Part shown: piece by piece, positions 59,804 through 64,000 of the stretch
How positions within the stretch are numbered: position 1 is the stretch's first letter
How the letters are laid out: the number at the start of each line of letters is the position of its first letter
Assembly: GCA_977016875.1 (NCBI GenBank)
Contig: CDRNST010000331.1
Location: 1,364,001 to 1,428,000, forward strand
Reading direction: 5' to 3'
Length of the DNA: 64,000 nt
Source: Pavona decussata
Taxonomy: Eukaryota
Program-made: the position numbers and the translations under genes
The notes under the pieces: generated by a model
Seen by the model: only the letters and a program-made list of their open reading frames with translations
Databases searched by the model: none
Told to the model about the DNA's origin: nothing

Positions 59804-61564
59804 GGGACCGTTCATTTTTTATGAGCATGGGGGGGCTGGTGGGATTTAGGGGGGGGGGGGCCACGAGAAAAAAAATGGCACTAAAGGGGGGGGCTACCAA
59901 AAAAAAATGAGTGAAAGAGGGGGGGGTCACCAGAAATAATTGGCTAGTAGGGGAAATTGAAAGTGGCTCAACACAGAAACAGATAAAGAAATTGAATATT
60001 ATTTCAATTTTATTTAATGCGATTTTCCTAACCACTTTTAATTTGTTTTACATACTGAGGTCGAAATCTGCATTTTATATTAACAACAACTGAGGAAATG
60101 AAGCATATCTGTTGGAAAAGCAATAATGAATATAAACTGAGGTAGACACCTATGTTTGTACAAGTTCAAATTAATATAAAAACGTATCAGTCTCACTATT
60201 GAATCATCCTTGGGGGAGTAGTTTTCTACAAAGTGGTTGTACTCTGAACTATATCAATAGATTGTTTAATGTTCTTTTTAATAGTACTCACTTTTATAAA
60301 GACTGTTGATTAGTAAATTATTTGAACCCAGGAGTATCAGTTGACTCAGTAGTATGCCTAGTGTGAACATCCAGATTAGTTTTAATAATAGAACTGTTGT
60401 TGGTGACTTCAGTTGACGGTAAATCTGAGCCGTAAGCCATCTTCAGAAAAGCTTGTAACTGTCATTTTTAATAGCAGTACTTTAATATCCAGGCGCGTAG
60501 GAGGGGAGGTTCGAGGGGTTCGAACGAACCCCCTTTACAGATCAGTAATGGCGGAAGAAAAAGCACTTAATGAGAAGGTTGAGCAATTACATGAGGTGTA
60601 CCATGCGAGAGAGTAGAATGTCTGCCCTGGTTCTAATGCATATCAAATATGATATGCCTGTCAATTTTGACGAGATAGTCAATTTGTTCGAAGGCCTACA
60701 CCCGAGAATGATGCAGTTTACCAGCTTGGTGTATGACTATCAGTAGATCGAATAGCTATCAGAACTCGACAGGACGCGGAATGTACATTGAACTTTCTTG
60801 TTTAAGTTGAAACAATTATGCCGTAGGAATGATGTATATAGCTCAAAAAGCTGCTGTAAAACAAATTTGTGATTTGCCTAAAATGGGTCTCAAAATGCAG
60901 GAAATGAGGTTTCTGGGAACCTAGATTTTCAAAAATTTCCGGGGGAGCATGCCCCCGGACCCCCCTAGTAAGCAAGATTTGGGGCTCAACGAACACCCCT
61001 ATCTAACCCTTACCTACACGACTGATATCTGTGCGTCCGCTGTTTTTTTCTGTTTAATATGACTCGTAATCGTTGATTGGTATGCTTCGATCCGTATTTT
61101 GTTAGTCAAATCTGTACGTGTATTAATTGTTTCTACTCGAAGGGGAGTAATTTCACGTTAACCATTTGCTTGATTAATTTTTATATTTTCTTTGAGAATC
61201 TAAATGGAAATTTAGGGTTTGTCGTTGCCGTAAACGTGTTGCTATCTATAAAACGTTTTTTTAAACAAGAGAAATCTTTACCTAAGTAGAGAACGGTTAC
61301 TTGTTAATAGTACTGTAAAGAAATCACAGTAACAATTACGTTTATCTTTGATATAAACAGTACATAAGCGTATTGTTAAAGTTAGGAGTATGATTTGTTT
61401 CTGGTTGGGCGGGAGGGGGGGGGGGTCATCAGAAAAAAAAAGTTCTGCTGGGGGGGGGGCCATGTGGAAAAAAATTGCATGCTAGGGGGGGGTCATACAG
61501 TTTCGTAGTGGCAATTAACCAAATCCCACCAGCCCCCCCATGCTCATAAAAAATGAACGGTCCC
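59804..61564. mobile_element. PIF/Harbinger-like non-autonomous element (TTA TSD, ~45-bp TIR)
   Basis: TTA|GGGACCGTTCATTTTTTATGAGCATGGGG...CCCCATGCTCATAAAAAATGAACGGTCCC|TTA. Confidence 0.88.
60490..61024 (+). mobile_element. Internally deleted hAT element with transposase C-terminal remnant, nested in the Harbinger-like element
   Basis: ATATC|CAGGCGCGTAGG...CCTACACGACTG|ATATC; 60567-60746 encodes LMRRLSNYMRCTMRESRMSALVLMHIKYDMPVNFDEIVNLFEGLHPRMMQ (hAT dimerisation-domain end). Confidence 0.82.
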
Positions 61565-62230
61565 TTATATCTTGCTTTTACACGTTGACTTATTTATTTT
61601 GGCCAATATTTCAACAAGTACAACTAGGGGTGCTTACCATTAACATGGAAAACGCCCTATTCCCGTCCCAGCCCCTCGCAACCCCAAATCCCCTGTTCCA
61701 TTATTTTAACCTTTTCGTCACTAAATCAGTCTCATTTTTCTCCGTTTTTTAAATTTGTTTTTGGTTCTCGTTTCTTTTACTGTTGCAGAAACTCGATTGA
61801 AAAAGAACATCTCGAGGGTTTCTAAATGTTTTGGAATCAAAGAAATTGAAATTCATTTGCATTGCAGATAAAATGTTTTATGTTGTACATTAATATTCAA
61901 TATTTCTTTTGACAACAACTCCGCAAGGGAAAATCAAAAGAGCAAGCGGCACAACATTTAACCGTCGCTTTATGATCGGTATTTCCGGCTAAACGCTCCT
62001 TGTGAAACCAACGTTCTTATCGTGAAATATTGTCCGTAGTAGCATCATGTTCGACGTTCTTCGCCGTGGAATCGAACTAATGTGGCTTTACATCAGCCAA
62101 AAGTTTTAGGAACAACGAGGAACGTCAGCCAACACGGAATACGATCAACATTTGTTACTCTGTAAACGACTCAAGCCTTCTCGTGAGGTAATATTTGTAT
62201 TTTGTAGATGTTCTTCGGAATATTTAGTTG

Positions 62231-63311
62231 AAAGGGGCACTGTCATGGAGATTTTGCTGTATTTTAGTAAAGACTGCTCAAACATTTGACAAAGAACCTT
62301 TCCTTTAATACGCAGTAGAGCACCGGGAAGAAAATAGTAAGAGATTTCTCGGAGGAATGACAGGCTGTCGTAATCTTTTTAATGATCTCCCGAAGATACA
62401 CAGGATCAGGAAGAACTTTAAAAAATTGGCCGATTTTCTCAAGTTGTAATCCATTTTCATCCTAGCTATCCGCAGGCAAAGAAAATGAATTCCCGGGGGG
62501 GGGGGGGGGGTACACAACAGATACTTGTGTAGGGAGGTGCAGCCGTGGGCCGGGTTGTTCGAAAGCCGATTAATCCTAATCCACGATTAAAAGTTAATCG
62601 AGGCTTTCAGCTCGCTCGTTAAAAATGGTTTTAAAGGCTAATTTCGAGCCAAAGGTAAAGAAAAGTCTAAGTAAAAACTGAGGGCTAAAAATCTTTTGGA
62701 AGGATCTTTATCGATTAGCAATTAAACTCGAATCAAAGTTCACGTTAATCCAGGATTAGCTTAATCAGGCTTTGAACAACTGGGCCCTGGCATTCAAACC
62801 CTGACCCTGTTTAAGACACAATTCTCTAATTTCCCTATCCGTTTAAGACAGAATTCAAAATTTTAAGACCCTTTCTAAGACCCAAAATCATACCCTGTTT
62901 AAGACTAGAATGAAATAAGAATACACTAGTTTGTTTCTGTTTTTTTATTGGCGGTCCTTTGCAGATTACTTTAACTTAATTGAAATACGCTTCGTTCTAC
63001 AAAAGACCAATAAAGAGACATCTAAGCTCATGTAGCGATACCCTGTTTACGACAGAAAGTGATGTAATGGATACCCCGTCTAAGACAAAACACCCTGAAA
63101 ACCATACCCTATCGGGCCGCAAGTCCCCATTAAAGTCACATAAGGGAGTACCCCCCTCCCCCCTCGGCATGAATTCCGGTTTAAAGTTTTTGTTCACTAG
63201 TAGGGTTGTTGTCAAGAAAACTTCACCATTGTTTTAAATGTTTCTATGGATACAAATACATTTTTTGGCCATTTAAAGTGACACTAAAACTAGGTGACAC
63301 TGCCCCTTTAA
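62231..63311. mobile_element. Kolobok-like MITE carrying two nested insertions
   Basis: Host is split at ATGAATTCC (62485-62493 and 63169-63177); a G-run/C-run-ended element lies inside, with a third TIR element at 62547-62787. Confidence 0.75.
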
Positions 63312-64000
63312 AATAACGTATTTAATTAAGTATTGCTGAGTGAAATATCACGGGGATAATATCGATAACAAATACAATATATAAAATCTGCATTTCCACA
63401 ACGACAAACCGATGAGTGGTGCCGGAATACTTGTAGACTTGGATCAGCGAATTATGACGAAGCACGCCAATGACATATCTCAACTTGTAACTTAGTCCTA
63501 AACAACCAATTATTGCCACGCATTTTATAATTTAAATCTTTATTTGTAAGGACCCCTTTATGCTTCTCACTTTTTCCTTTCGTTCAGCCCCCGAGGAAGG
63601 TTTGTATTGCAAACCAAAATACGGGGCAAAAAGGTTTTTTTTTTTTTTTTTTTTTCAAACAAATATATTTCAGTTATTCTAGCCTTTGTTGTTTATTCTA
63701 TCAAGCTCGCCATCTCCGCCGTTGGGATCAGTCTGCCGTCAGGATTGTGAAAGATTAACAGTAAGCATATGTTTATCGCAGTTTAAAATCAAGGGCTTGC
63801 TTGTGGTAGGAAATGACGCGCATTACTATGTAGAGTGCGGGGACGATTATCGCGTGTTCATCTGTACAGCACTAGTTCTAATTAGTTTAGCAAGCAAGCA
63901 AGAACGCGATAGTCTACTGGTAATACTCTACGTCACACATCTTCAATACGGCTACCCAAACCCAATGCAGAACGAGTTGGTTAAAAATTTTCGTCTTCGT

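Noticed and set aside
63587-63627. Active + strand hammerhead
   Set aside because: Stems are present but the core is mutated (CCGAGGA, AAAA); kept only as a decayed remnant

Overview
Eukaryotic, AT-rich genomic DNA. The repeat families suggest a cnidarian, probably a stony coral, but that is inference. The window is dominated by one giant + strand spliced gene. I traced 57 GT-AG coding exons by hand from 590 to the TAA at 58862. All splice phases are compatible, giving 20,093 coding nt (about 6,700 aa); the gene is 5'-partial and continues upstream of the window. The protein is a predicted single-pass type I membrane protein with these parts in order: about 4,700 aa of Cys-rich CPxGxY/FC repeats (GCC2/GCC3, ephrin-receptor-like type) with a ~700-aa higher-order periodicity, a membrane-proximal domain with a polybasic furin-type site (RRRRR), one TM helix (43510-43584), and a ~1,680-aa cytoplasmic region. 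That region holds long coiled coils with a recurring L.EKL..RR motif, a globular domain resembling a SprT/Wss1/YgjP-type zincin with Cys at the catalytic Glu position (HCLSH...HPGF), and a basic C-terminus (SPKKKTKK). Introns and the 3' flank carry tRNA-derived SINEs, LINE 3' ends, many MITEs (Kolobok-, Harbinger-, Tc1- and hAT-like, several nested), minisatellites, and Penelope-type minimal hammerhead ribozyme motifs, all five intronic ones antisense to the gene. CpG content rises markedly from the 5' to the 3' part of the gene. There is a 177-nt assembly gap at 46086-46262. No prokaryotic features, rRNA, true tRNA or CRISPR array were seen.
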